Of a stretch of 32,000 nt of DNA, positions 1-9,459 are shown in pieces. The stretch lies in contig JALDRA010000001.1 in NCBI GenBank assembly GCA_031316235.1, positions 3,210,001-3,242,000 of the forward strand, written 5' to 3'. Origin of the DNA: Candidatus Scalindua sp. (lineage in GTDB: Bacteria > Planctomycetota > Brocadiia > Brocadiales > Scalinduaceae). Position 1 is the stretch's first letter. Every line of letters begins with the position of its first letter. Below the pieces are notes generated by a model. The model was not told where the DNA came from and made no database searches. It was given only the letters and a program-made list of their open reading frames with translations. A program made the translations under genes and the position numbers.

Positions 1-50
1 CAACCCGGCAGGTGGGCAGTCTGCGTTCAGCCACTTGATAAATTTACATC

Positions 51-188
51 TATACTCATCGTATACTGGTTTTCGGATAAAACCTGAGAAAAAAACGGAG
101 CGGGTAAAGTCCTTGGCGTCTGGTTCGGGGAAAGTGCCCGGTGCCTTTTGTCCGGGGATACCGGCAACGAGGATTTGGTTTTAGTATA
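51..188 (+). repeat. Copy A (long variant) of the dispersed structured repeat family; head TATACTCATCGTATACTGG, tail GGTTTTAGTATA
   Basis: Aligns by eye along its length with the reverse complement of 30518-30658 and 5205-5308. Its head and tail align with 17259-17350 and rc 31250-31362. It carries a private 27-nt insertion (119-145) with its own CGGG/CCCG hairpin. Confidence 0.8.
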
Positions 189-421
189 TCAATCCAACCG
201 GCTGCAACTCCTCAGTGCAGTGTTTTCATCTTATAACTCTGCGGGACAGGTTTAATTTCCGTATGACAGTTCCTTCCGTACCGGTACCAACCCGCAGGAT
301 GGATTTTTCAAGAACGGCGGCTTCCCGGCAGAAACCACAGAGGTCGAATTCAGAGATATATTAACAGTACCAACTTACTACAAACCGGGAATCTGCGCAT
401 GAGCAACCCAAATAAAAGAAC

Positions 422-940
422 ATGAACTGGTTAGATGATACTTTGATAGCGTTACTTGTGCTTGGAACCATATCTGGGCTTATTTCCGGACCGCTCTGGC
501 AGGTCTACAGAACCCTTGCCGTGATTATTTCTGTGGCGGTTTCCCTGGTATTTCACACAATAGCACGTTCTGTTTTTCAGGGCTTGTTTGATCATAAAGC
601 AGCGAATATATCAGCGTACGCAGTGGTATTTTTTGCCGCTTTGATGCTTACCTATGTACTGGGAAGCATATTCAAATCCGTGCTCACAACAAGAAAATTT
701 GGATTCGGTGGCAGGGTTTTAGGAGGAGGGGTTGCACTCCTGAAGACAATCATATTATGCTGTATATTCATATCAGGTATTTCATACATGGGAAATAAGA
801 GAACAGATACAATGATAGAAGATTCGACCATCGCAAAAAACTTTAACGAAGTCTCTCGGACCGTTGTTTCAAAGTTTCCCGCAGAAATCAAAGGGTTTTC
901 GTTTCGTAAGGATACGGATAACATTGAGGACAGTTGGTAA
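422..940 (+). CDS. cvpA: CvpA family membrane protein (colicin V production protein-like)
   Basis: 172 aa. N-terminal MNWLD start and four hydrophobic segments with Gly-rich linkers are typical of CvpA. Lies directly upstream of recA. Confidence 0.65.
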   Translation: MNWLDDTLIALLVLGTISGLISGPLWQVYRTLAVIISVAVSLVFHTIARSVFQGLFDHKAANISAYAVVFFAALMLTYVLGSIFKSVLTTRKFGFGGRVLGGGVALLKTIILCCIFISGISYMGNKRTDTMIEDSTIAKNFNEVSRTVVSKFPAEIKGFSFRKDTDNIEDSW

Positions 941-966
941 GGATACGGATATCATTCAGAACAGTT
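907..966. repeat. Imperfect 31-bp tandem duplication spanning the cvpA stop codon
   Basis: 907-935 (TAAGGATACGGATAACATTGAGGACAGTT) against 938-966 (TAAGGATACGGATATCATTCAGAACAGTT): 26 of 29 positions identical at an offset of 31. Confidence 0.85.
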
Positions 967-983
967 CAAGAAGGGAGTAGACA

Positions 984-2033
984 ATGGCGAAGTTGCAAAA
1001 GGGAGAGGATGGAGAAAAGGAGAAAACAGAGACCGGGAAAAAGGATCAGGCTCTTGAAAGGGCAGTTTCCCAGATTGAGAGGCAATTCGGCAAAGGGGCA
1101 ATCATGCGTCTTGGGCAAAATACCAAGCTTGATGTACCTGTGATATCTACCGGTTCACTCTCTCTTGATCTTGCCCTGGGTGTGGGCGGAGTTCCGCGTG
1201 GAAGGGTAATAGAAATCTTTGGGCCTGAATCATCCGGGAAAACAACACTTACGCTTCACATTGTTGCAAATGCCCAGAAAAGTGGAGGTAATGCGGCCTT
1301 TATCGATGCTGAACATGCGCTTGACCCCGAGTATGCGAAGAGATTAGGTGTTGATCTGGACAGGCTGCTGGTAAACCAGCCGGATACCGGGGAACAGGCA
1401 CTGGAGATAGCTGAATTGCTAACAAGGAGTAATGCCGTAGATGTTATTGTCGTAGACTCGGTTGCAGCATTGGTGCCAAAGGTAGAGATTGAAGGGGAAA
1501 TGGGTGATACACACGTAGCTCTGCAGGCGAGATTGATGTCTCAGGCGCTCAGGAAACTTACATCAGTTATTTCGAAATCTCATACCTGCATTATCTTTAT
1601 TAATCAAATCAGGGAAAAGATCGGGGTAATGTTTGGAAACCCGGAAACAACACCTGGTGGAAGAGCATTAAAATTTTATGCATCTGTGAGGCTGGACATT
1701 CGAAGGATTGGTGACATAAAGGATGGTCTTCAAAGTGTTGGCAATAGAGTAAGGGTCAAGGTTGCCAAGAATAAGGTTGCTCCACCATTTCGAAAGGCTG
1801 AATTTGACATAATGTTTAATCACGGAATTTCCAGGGTTGGTGACATTATTGATTTGGGCATCGAGAATCAGATTGTAGAAAAAAGTGGGACATGGTTTTC
1901 ATACGGAGATATCAGGTTGGGACAGGGGAGGGAAAATGCAAAACAATTTATCACTCAAAAGCCGGAACTCATGAAGGAAATTGAACAAGCTCTCCGAAAA
2001 AAGCTGGCAACCGACGATGAAAAAGCAAAGTGA
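984..2033 (+). CDS. recA: Recombinase RecA
   Basis: 349 aa. Walker [19 protein letters not shown], and the [22 protein letters not shown] loop region. GGGAG RBS upstream of the ATG. Confidence 0.97.
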   Translation: MAKLQKGEDGEKEKTETGKKDQALERAVSQIERQFGKGAIMRLGQNTKLDVPVISTGSLSLDLALGVGGVPRGRVIEIFGPESSGKTTLTLHIVANAQKSGGNAAFIDAEHALDPEYAKRLGVDLDRLLVNQPDTGEQALEIAELLTRSNAVDVIVVDSVAALVPKVEIEGEMGDTHVALQARLMSQALRKLTSVISKSHTCIIFINQIREKIGVMFGNPETTPGGRALKFYASVRLDIRRIGDIKDGLQSVGNRVRVKVAKNKVAPPFRKAEFDIMFNHGISRVGDIIDLGIENQIVEKSGTWFSYGDIRLGQGRENAKQFITQKPELMKEIEQALRKKLATDDEKAK

Positions 2034-2039
2034 AACTTG

Positions 2040-2067
2040 TTGACTCAGAAAAATAAAGGGGTACAAT
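2040..2067 (+). promoter_or_regulatory. Sigma70-like promoter candidate (TTGACT-16 nt-TACAAT)
   Basis: -35 TTGACT at 2040-2045 and -10 TACAAT at 2062-2067, about 147 nt upstream of the radical SAM gene start. Confidence 0.35.
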
Positions 2068-2213
2068 GAAATTTAGGACACTGCGCAGATTTTTCGGGTA
2101 ACCCATGGGAATTTAAAAATTATATTTTATGTGTATTCGCACACCTGACGGGACGTACGAAGGGCTGGCAGGATGCACTTAATTCGAAAATAACAAATTT
2201 ATGAGGTGATAGG

Positions 2214-3422
2214 ATGATTGGCATTTCAAAGTTGTATTGCGGCACGGTAGAACCTTCTGACGCACTAAGGTACGGGAGAGATTCAAAGACACTCCCCTCA
2301 CATCTTTTACAATTTTCCAAAGATAAAAAGCCGGTAGTTGTATGGAATGTTGGCCAGAGATGCAATCTTAAGTGCGTGCATTGCTACTCTCAATCAAAGG
2401 ATATTGCATATCCAAATGAGTTGACAACAAAAGAGGCGAAATCGATGATTGACGGTCTTGCAGAGTATGGTGCACCCGTTATCCTCTTTTCCGGGGGAGA
2501 ACCCTTGATGAGAGAAGATCTGATGGAGCTGATTACCTATGCCCGTGACAAGGGGTTAAGGGCTGTTATCAGTACAAACGGAACAATGATTACTGAAGAT
2601 AAGGCGGAAGAATTAAAAAAATTCGGACTTTCATATGTTGGAATAAGCCTTGACGGCTTAAAAGAGACCAACGATAAATTCCGTGGTATTGAAGGTGCCT
2701 TTGATGATGCATTGCAGGGAATCAGGAACTGCTTGAAGTTGGGAATAAAAGTAGGACTTCGTTTCACCATTAATAAACGAAACGCGCAGGATATACCGGG
2801 AATATTCGACCTTATTGAAAAAGAGAAGATTCCAAGGGTCTGTTTCTACCACTTAGTCTATTCCGGAAGAGGCTCCAGATTGATGGAAGAAGATTTGTCA
2901 CATGAAGAAACCCGTGAAGTTGTCGATCTCATTATTGACAAAACGAAAGAGGCTCATGACCGTGGAAACAAGATAGAAGTCTTAACGGTTGATAATCATG
3001 CCGATGGCCCCTACATTTATCAAAGGTTGCTCAAGGAAGATCCAAAGCGTGCGGCAGAAGTACTTGAATTGTTAAAGTGGAATAAGGGGAACAGCTCCGG
3101 ACACGGACTTGCCTGTGTGAGCTGGGATGGAGCCGTTCATGCTGATCAATTCTGGAGAGAGTATACGTTTGGAAATGTGCGTGAACGGAAATTCGGTGAA
3201 ATCTGGGAGGATAAATCAAACGAACTTCTGATGAAGCTCAAAGACAAAAAACAGTATGTTACCGGCCGATGTTCCAAGTGTAAGTGGCTTGATATATGTG
3301 GCGGCAATTTCAGGGCACGTGCCGAGGCGTACTATGGCGATATATGGGAACCTGATCCGGCATGCTATCTGACAGATGAGGAAATAGGTCTGCTTGTGGA
3401 TGAACCGTTAGCAGTCAAATAG
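2214..3422 (+). CDS. Radical SAM/SPASM protein, AhbC/AhbD/NirJ-like (siroheme-dependent heme or heme d1 branch)
   Basis: 402 aa. CNLKCVHCY (CX3CX2C) cluster motif, a C-terminal Cys-rich SPASM-like segment CSKCKWLDICGG...DPACY, and an N-terminal LYCGT...ALRYG segment that I recall from Ahb/NirJ-type enzymes. Confidence 0.8.
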   Translation: MIGISKLYCGTVEPSDALRYGRDSKTLPSHLLQFSKDKKPVVVWNVGQRCNLKCVHCYSQSKDIAYPNELTTKEAKSMIDGLAEYGAPVILFSGGEPLMREDLMELITYARDKGLRAVISTNGTMITEDKAEELKKFGLSYVGISLDGLKETNDKFRGIEGAFDDALQGIRNCLKLGIKVGLRFTINKRNAQDIPGIFDLIEKEKIPRVCFYHLVYSGRGSRLMEEDLSHEETREVVDLIIDKTKEAHDRGNKIEVLTVDNHADGPYIYQRLLKEDPKRAAEVLELLKWNKGNSSGHGLACVSWDGAVHADQFWREYTFGNVRERKFGEIWEDKSNELLMKLKDKKQYVTGRCSKCKWLDICGGNFRARAEAYYGDIWEPDPACYLTDEEIGLLVDEPLAVK

Positions 3423-3802
3423 CGCTGCATTGAGTTTTTAATCCGGCAATTTCCTGCTTTTTTTGACTGCCCCTCCCCGCAAGAACAGCTGTCGGTTCTG
3501 GCGAGCGGAGCCATCCGGGAGGAATCGGCCTATATCGGGTGTCTGCAATCTGAGAGGTGTTATATGTCCGCTATAGGGTTGGGTGTTGTCTCCTTTTATG
3601 AACAAATAAACCGGCAGGTTTTAAGATGATAGTGGAACCGGATACTGATTGTGAATTCAGAATTTCTGAATTGTGATGTACAGAGGTGCGGCAAACCAAT
3701 CAGGCAGATATATTATCTGGCTCAGATATCTGGAGAGCAACACTGAATAACCTGATCTGGTTATGCCTTCCTCCATGTATAATTTGTCAGGAAAGAGGTT
3801 TG

Positions 3803-4945
3803 TTACTGTTTATACAGCACCTCCTGCACCCTGGATACTCCTCTACCCAGCTCTATCTTATATCCGTTCTCGTATAAACATCTTTCGACAGCCGAAATAA
3901 CAAGTATTATATCAAATTCGTTAACATACCCCATATGCCCAACTCTAAAGATCTTCCCCTTGAGCTCATCCTGTCCACCCGTTATGGTAACTCCCGTTTC
4001 ATCCCTGAGCTTCTTAATGGCTGCGTCTATTTTAAATCCCTCAGGGACTTTAATCGAAGTGAGGACGTTGCTTGAAGCATCTCCTGCAAAAAGTTCAAGA
4101 CCGAGGGCTTTTATACCCTCTCTTGTCGCATGTGCCAATCGTGCGTGTCTTTTCCAGACATTTTCAATCCCCTCTTCCTTGATCATGCTTAAGGCCTTAC
4201 CAGCTGCCATGATGAGTGAGACAGCAGGTGTATACGCGGTGGTCTTATTTCCGAGATTCTTTCTCATCTTCTTAAGATCCCAATAGTATTTCGGTAGTTT
4301 TGACTTCTCGATGCTTTCCCATGCACTTGGCGCCACGCACACAAAAGCCAAACCCGGAGGTAACATGCAACCCTTCTGGGAACCGGTTACAGCAATATCA
4401 ATTTTCCAGTCATCAATCATGAGAGGGTGAACACCGATACCCGTGATCGCATCTACAATGAGCAATACGTTATGGCCTTTTACCACCTTCGCAATACTCT
4501 CAATATCGTGAAGCACTCCGGTAGAAGTCTCACTTTGGGTAACAAAAACCGCTTTTACATCATTCTCTTTCTTGAGAAGATCTTCCAGGAGTTGAGGATT
4601 TACCGCCTTTCCTGATTCCACGTCAACCGGAATCACTTCTACCCCGAATACGTTACAGATCTGAGCCCATCTTTCACCAAATTTACCGCTTCTGACAACA
4701 ATTACCTTTTCTCCAGAAGATAAGGCGTTAACAACACACGTCTCCATTCCCCCGGTGCCTGATGAAGCAAACGTAAAGACTTCACCATTCTTTGTCTGAA
4801 AAAGATACTTTAAATCTTCTGAGACATTTGCAAATATGGTAGAAAATTCGTTTGTCCTGTGATGGATCATTGGGCTTGCTTCAGCCAATGTTACTTCTGG
4901 GGGGACCTGTGTTGGCCCGGGTGTGAACAGATAGGTTTTCTTCAT
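3803..4945 (-). CDS. Class-V pyridoxal-phosphate aminotransferase (serine-glyoxylate/alanine-glyoxylate/phosphoserine type)
   Basis: 380 aa. N-terminal FTPGPT, PLP-lysine motif TGSQKG, overall AGT-family architecture. Confidence 0.88.
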   Translation of the reverse strand: MKKTYLFTPGPTQVPPEVTLAEASPMIHHRTNEFSTIFANVSEDLKYLFQTKNGEVFTFASSGTGGMETCVVNALSSGEKVIVVRSGKFGERWAQICNVFGVEVIPVDVESGKAVNPQLLEDLLKKENDVKAVFVTQSETSTGVLHDIESIAKVVKGHNVLLIVDAITGIGVHPLMIDDWKIDIAVTGSQKGCMLPPGLAFVCVAPSAWESIEKSKLPKYYWDLKKMRKNLGNKTTAYTPAVSLIMAAGKALSMIKEEGIENVWKRHARLAHATREGIKALGLELFAGDASSNVLTSIKVPEGFKIDAAIKKLRDETGVTITGGQDELKGKIFRVGHMGYVNEFDIILVISAVERCLYENGYKIELGRGVSRVQEVLYKQ

Positions 4946-5204
4946 AATTGTTCTTTCTTAAAAATGGTCATTAAAACTAGCAGCGCTTAATTTTATGGAA
5001 AAGCCCTCCCATGCAGCTTTTACCATAGAGTAATAGAGAAGTTTCATAAAATTAAATAGATCTCAAATTACATCAGATTTTAATATAATACCTGTTCAGA
5101 ATCAACCATATTTAAAACTTGAACAAATGATGAGTATGAAGGATAATCATTTCTCCTGAATCCTTGAGAAAGGAAGAGATCTCGAACTGAGTACCCTTGA
5201 AGGA

Positions 5205-5308
5205 AACAAAATCATGGTTGCTGGTATCCCCGGACAAAAGGCGGCGAGGACTTTCCTCGCTCAACTGTATCTCGGATTTTGTCCGAAATCCAGTATGAGG
5301 AGAGTGTA
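5205..5308 (-). repeat. Copy B (long variant, tail diverged) of the dispersed repeat family
   Basis: GGTATCCCCGGACAAAAGGCGGCGAGGACTTTCCTCGCTC...CTCGGATTTTGTCCGAAATCCAGTATGAGGAGAGTGTA aligns with 30560-30658 at roughly 75-80% identity by eye. Confidence 0.75.
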
Positions 5309-5425
5309 ACAAGATCAGATACAGATAATACTCTATTTACAGATAAACTGGCAACCTGGGCAGAGCAGAATAGAAGAATTATTTACCTTTCTGTTTCCGG
5401 CTTGTCCGGGTTGGGAGGGCTGGAA

Positions 5426-6226
5426 GTGATTTTAGATAAAATTTACACACATAAACTGAAGGAAGTTTCAGAAATAAAAGAACGTATACCGCTAGAAATT
5501 CTGATGAAAAGGTGCAGAAAACCTTCTGCCATGGGGGCGTTTGGCAAGGCCATAAAAGGGGATGAAGGGATGAGGATTATTGCGGAAGTTAAAAGGGCGT
5601 CACCCTCTGCGGGTATAATCCGTAAAGATTTTGACTATATTGATATTGCAGCACAATACGAATCAGGCGGTGCCTCCGCAATATCAGTCCTGACGGATAG
5701 AGAGTTTTTCAAGGGAGACTTGAGCTATCTGGCCGAGGTGAGGGAACGGGTAAAGATACCTCTTCTCAGAAAGGACTTTCTTATTGATCCTTATCAGATA
5801 TACGAGGCAAGGGCAGCAGGCGCTGACGCAGTTTTGCTTATTGCACGACTGCTTACAACGGAACAGATCGATTCGTTTCTCTCTATTGCTCATGATCTTG
5901 GTATGGAGTGCCTGGTAGAGATACACAATACGAAGGAGCTGGAACAGGTTCTTGAAACGGGATCAAATATTATCGGAATCAATAACAGGGATCTGGATAC
6001 ATTTGAGACAAACCTTGAAACTTCGCTGAAATTACGTGCTCTCATGCCAGATGGAAAGATTTTCGTAAGTGAAAGCGGCATAAAGACGAGGTCAGATGTC
6101 AGGAGGCTTGAAGATGCAGGCTTTGATGCGATATTAGTAGGAGAAACTCTTATGCGCAGTAATAACATTTCTTTGAAGATGAGAGAGTTGCTGGGGGGGA
6201 AGGCACCGTTGTACCCAACGACATGA
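5426..6226 (+). CDS. trpC: Indole-3-glycerol phosphate synthase
   Basis: IAEVKRASPSAG signature and an ILDKI...HK N-terminus typical of IGPS. I start it at GTG 5426, 6 nt after GGGAGGG. The tracked TTG start at 5279 lies inside repeat copy B. Confidence 0.9.
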   Translation: MILDKIYTHKLKEVSEIKERIPLEILMKRCRKPSAMGAFGKAIKGDEGMRIIAEVKRASPSAGIIRKDFDYIDIAAQYESGGASAISVLTDREFFKGDLSYLAEVRERVKIPLLRKDFLIDPYQIYEARAAGADAVLLIARLLTTEQIDSFLSIAHDLGMECLVEIHNTKELEQVLETGSNIIGINNRDLDTFETNLETSLKLRALMPDGKIFVSESGIKTRSDVRRLEDAGFDAILVGETLMRSNNISLKMRELLGGKAPLYPTT

Positions 6227-6297
6227 ATAGAAGCGCCTTAATAGATACTGAGGAACATATCTCTCCGTGAGAGCAATGTTTTATAAGGGCTCATTAA

Positions 6298-7584
6298 TCA
6301 CTTCTGCTCATCATTGTGGTGATGGTGGATGCCGAACAAACTCTTTATCGTCTCTACATATTTATAACCACCACCATTTTTTGCCTTCTCTTTTCCTACT
6401 TTCGCAGGTTTGTGAAGAATCTTATTCAGGGTACGTTGCACAGAATATACGATGAGTTCCCACTCTTCATGGGCAATATTTTCAAGTTTTGGCCTTAGTC
6501 TCTGCAGCTCATCTTCACCAATCTTGTGGAAATGGTTTCTTAATTGTGCGATAGCCGGCCCGATCTTCAGTTCTTCAAACCACGCCATAAATTTTTCCAC
6601 CTCTTTATCAATGATGATCTGGCACTCATTCATCTCCTTTTCTCTTTCGTCTATGTTTTTGTTGACGACCGTCTGGAGATCATCAACGTTATACAGATAA
6701 ACATTGTCGATCCTCGCTATTTCAGGATTTATATCTCTGGGAACCGCAATATCTATAAGCAGCATGGGATTTCCTCTGCGTGTCTTGATTGCATTCTTAA
6801 TATGTTCTGTATGGATAACATAGTGAGGGGCTGCGGTAGAGCTGATTATAATATCTGCTTGAGGGAGATACTCTTCAAGTAATTCATAATTAATTGCTTT
6901 ACCCTGGTATTCATCTGCAAGAGCCTGTGCTTTATCAAAACTTCGATTAGCGACGATTGTTGTCTTTGCTCCTTTTTCCACGAGATGTTTTAAAACAAGC
7001 TCGCACATTTCACCCGCACCGATGATGAATACCGTCTTGTCGGAAAAATCCTTGAATATCTTGATGGCAAATTCAACCGCAACGGTACTTACTGATACCT
7101 TCCCCTTGCTGATATTTGTGCAGGTATGTATGTCCTTGGCAACACTGAGGGCGCGTTGGAACAGTTGGTTGAGAATGGTGCCGGTTGCTTCCTGAGAAAT
7201 CGAAGTCATGTATGCTTCCTTAACCTGGGAAAGTATCTGTGACTCTCCGACAACCAGCGAATCAAGGCTGGAGGTGACAAAAAAGAGATGCTTGACAGCG
7301 TTCAGGTTTTGGTAATGGTACATGTGCTCGGCAAATTTCTCTTTGGGTAATCCATGAAAGGCGGAAAAGAAGCCAAGCAATGACTCCTTGTTCAGGCTGT
7401 CGTCTGGTGATGCTCCATAGACTTCTACGCGGTTGCAGGTAGACAATATGACTGCTTCCGATGAGGGAAAAGATTGAGTAAGGGAAGAGAGTGCTATTGG
7501 TATCGAAGATGCACTGAATGCAAGCTTTTCCCTTATTTCTATAGGAGCGGATTTATGATTAAGGCCAATAGTATGTAAATTCAT
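6298..7584 (-). CDS. hemA: Glutamyl-tRNA reductase
   Basis: 428 aa. N-terminal GLNHKSAPIEIRE, catalytic STCNRVEVY, NADPH-binding IIGAGEM. Confidence 0.95.
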   Translation of the reverse strand: MNLHTIGLNHKSAPIEIREKLAFSASSIPIALSSLTQSFPSSEAVILSTCNRVEVYGASPDDSLNKESLLGFFSAFHGLPKEKFAEHMYHYQNLNAVKHLFFVTSSLDSLVVGESQILSQVKEAYMTSISQEATGTILNQLFQRALSVAKDIHTCTNISKGKVSVSTVAVEFAIKIFKDFSDKTVFIIGAGEMCELVLKHLVEKGAKTTIVANRSFDKAQALADEYQGKAINYELLEEYLPQADIIISSTAAPHYVIHTEHIKNAIKTRRGNPMLLIDIAVPRDINPEIARIDNVYLYNVDDLQTVVNKNIDEREKEMNECQIIIDKEVEKFMAWFEELKIGPAIAQLRNHFHKIGEDELQRLRPKLENIAHEEWELIVYSVQRTLNKILHKPAKVGKEKAKNGGGYKYVETIKSLFGIHHHHNDEQK

Positions 7585-7611
7585 TACTTTTATAAAAAAT
7601 CTGTTAAATAT

Positions 7612-8550
7612 TTAAAAGTTAATGTTTGAAAAACTGACATCTTTCTCCGGCACATCGATCAGCGGTGTCTCTTCAGGTGCTGTCTCTACTACGGGTATCT
7701 CGTTTTTGAGAGTAGCTGAAGTCTCGATATAAGCATGTCTTGATCCCAGAAAAAACGGGCTGATAAAGGTGAAAACGACAACAATAAATCCTATGACAGT
7801 AACAAGCGCTACTTTAGTTCCATGAAACGAGGCTCCCAATCTTAAATGCAGGAGTGCTGCATAAATGAGCCACGTAAGGAAGCCCAGCAGTACCGTTGAA
7901 TCCAGGTACCACAGTTCGCCGAGTATGTTTGATGTCTTTGCCCATACCGTACCCGAGGCAAGGCCGATCGTTAAAAGGGGGAAACCCAATGTTATGGTCT
8001 TCCACATGAATGCGTCCAGGGTTTCAAGCGACGGCAGACTATCGAAAAGGGGACCAAATGTTTTTTTCTTCAGCTGCCGCTCCTGAGTAAGGTACATGAT
8101 GCTGAGGATAAAGGAGACGGTGAAGGTTGAATAGCCCAAAAAAATCGGGATTATGTGGGCAAATTGCCAGAATCGTTTTAACTCATAGGTGAGCGACAGA
8201 CTGTTTCCTACAAGTGCAACAGCAGCAATAGAAAATCCAGTAATAGCAGGCATTAAAAAAATTGTTATCGATGGAAATCTGTATAAATATTTGAGCGCTA
8301 CAGAAATTAAAACAATGAGAAACAGGTAGAAAGTTGCAGATTCAAACAGGGTAGTTATTGGTAAATTGCCTGACCGTAAGCATGTGGCTAGCAGGAATAC
8401 TGAATGTAGGCATAACCCTGATGCTATAAAATAGTTAGCCGCCTTCCTGCTGAACTTATTCGGGTGAAAAATAGTGCCTATTTCCCAGATTGAATCGAGC
8501 AGATAAAACACTATTGTAGCTATAAATATGTATTGAATGGGATCGGACAT
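7612..8550 (-). CDS. Cytochrome c assembly protein family (CcsA/HemX-like) membrane protein
   Basis: 312 aa, polytopic. Degenerate Trp-rich segment GTVWAKTSNILGELWYLDS followed by TWLIYAALLHLR. Sits 27 nt upstream of hemA, as HemX does in hemAX-type operons. Confidence 0.75.
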   Translation of the reverse strand: MSDPIQYIFIATIVFYLLDSIWEIGTIFHPNKFSRKAANYFIASGLCLHSVFLLATCLRSGNLPITTLFESATFYLFLIVLISVALKYLYRFPSITIFLMPAITGFSIAAVALVGNSLSLTYELKRFWQFAHIIPIFLGYSTFTVSFILSIMYLTQERQLKKKTFGPLFDSLPSLETLDAFMWKTITLGFPLLTIGLASGTVWAKTSNILGELWYLDSTVLLGFLTWLIYAALLHLRLGASFHGTKVALVTVIGFIVVVFTFISPFFLGSRHAYIETSATLKNEIPVVETAPEETPLIDVPEKDVSFSNINF

Positions 8551-8781
8551 TATTCAAAGTTTTCCACGAAAAAGTGTAAAAATATTAAAATGTAGTTTAT
8601 TAAAAAAAATGGAATTAATCAAACAAAAAACACTCTGTTGCCACTCTTTCTTGACTCTGTTTTTTTATTGACAAACACCTGCCTGTGGGATATCGTTTCA
8701 GGCTAGTCGGTTGTATTTTTCTACTTGGAGAGATACGTTCTTTTTGTTTTGCCCTGTTTCCATCTACGTAAGGAGCTGAAT

Positions 8782-9177
8782 ATGGAGCCTGTTTCAAAGA
8801 ATTTTATTCGTATGAGTGTAATATATTTTTTTCTTGCCGCATCAATAGGTGCTTATTTGATGTTTTGTCAAAGGAGATCGTATCATCTGCACCAGATGCA
8901 TGTTCATTTAATGATGTTGGGGTGGATGTCAATGATGATTTACGGAGTAGGATATCACATCATACCAAGGTTCAATGGGAACCCTTTGGCTTTTCCCCTG
9001 CTTGCGAATATCCATTTCTGGTGGGCAAATATTGCCTTAGTGTGTTTTGTAAGCATGTGGGGACATGGTGGATATAACAAGGGTCCTGAAAAAGCTCTTG
9101 CTGTACTCAATGTAGCTGGTATACTATTGTTTGTCATAAATATCCTGTTTAGTTTGAGAAAACCGAAAGAAGCGTGA
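8782..9177 (+). CDS. Small four-helix His-rich membrane protein, function unknown
   Basis: ATG 8782 is preceded by AAGGAG. Hydrophobic helices carry conserved-looking His (HLHQMHVHLMMLGW, GYHIIPRF, NIHFWW) that resemble heme-copper oxidase subunit I helices. The tracked upstream start at 8725 has no RBS. Confidence 0.6.
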   Translation: MEPVSKNFIRMSVIYFFLAASIGAYLMFCQRRSYHLHQMHVHLMMLGWMSMMIYGVGYHIIPRFNGNPLAFPLLANIHFWWANIALVCFVSMWGHGGYNKGPEKALAVLNVAGILLFVINILFSLRKPKEA

Positions 9178-9222
9178 ATGCAATTTAATTTAATATCTTG
9201 AAAGAGAGAAGGAGTAAGAGTG

Positions 9223-9459
9223 ATGGCAGATATGACAGATATGAAAGAAAGAGTTCAAAAATCATTGAATTCGATTCGACCTGCTCTGCAGGCTGACGGC
9301 GGAGACGTCGAACTTGTTGATGTTGTTGACGGTATTGTTAAAGTGAGGTTAAAGGGGGCCTGTGGCACATGTCCCAGTGCACTTATGACCCTCAAGCAGG
9401 GCATAGAGGTGAGAGTGAGAGAAGACATTCCTGAAATTAAATCTGTTGAGTCGGTATGA
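9223..9459 (+). CDS. NifU C-terminal domain (Nfu-type) Fe-S scaffold/carrier protein
   Basis: About 78 aa. LRPALQADGGDVELV and GACGTCPS CxxC motif. GAAGGAG RBS upstream. Confidence 0.85.
   Translation: MADMTDMKERVQKSLNSIRPALQADGGDVELVDVVDGIVKVRLKGACGTCPSALMTLKQGIEVRVREDIPEIKSVESV

Noticed and set aside
959-967. GAACAGTTC palindrome as a LexA/SOS box for recA
   Set aside because: The arms are only 4 bp with a 1-nt spacer, whereas the Cheo-type box needs GAAC-N4-GTTC. It is part of the tandem duplication and too short to call.
934-1143. 69-aa Arg/Lys-rich ORF overlapping the recA start
   Set aside because: It is out of frame with recA, arises from the duplicated segment, and its composition is typical of an alternative frame of a purine-rich region.
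3655-3671. Perfect 8-bp inverted repeat ATTCAGAA-T-TTCTGAAT flanked by TGTGA on both sides
   Set aside because: It lies between convergent genes, so an operator role is unlikely. The stem is AT-rich with a 1-nt loop, which makes a poor terminator. It is noted only as a palindrome.
5112-5312. 66-aa ORF, together with the similar peptide HTGFR(I/T)KSEI encoded by repeat copies B and C (also within ORF 17012-17401)
   Set aside because: The apparent peptide conservation reflects nucleotide conservation of the repeat hairpin. The frame stops at different places in different copies (immediately after KSE in copy F). Copy A changes the peptide while preserving base pairing.
5279-5425. N-terminal 49-aa extension of the trpC ORF from a TTG start
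   Set aside because: The extension is read out of repeat copy B and is unlike IGPS N-termini. GTG 5426 has a GGGAGGG SD 6 nt upstream and gives the canonical ILDKI start.
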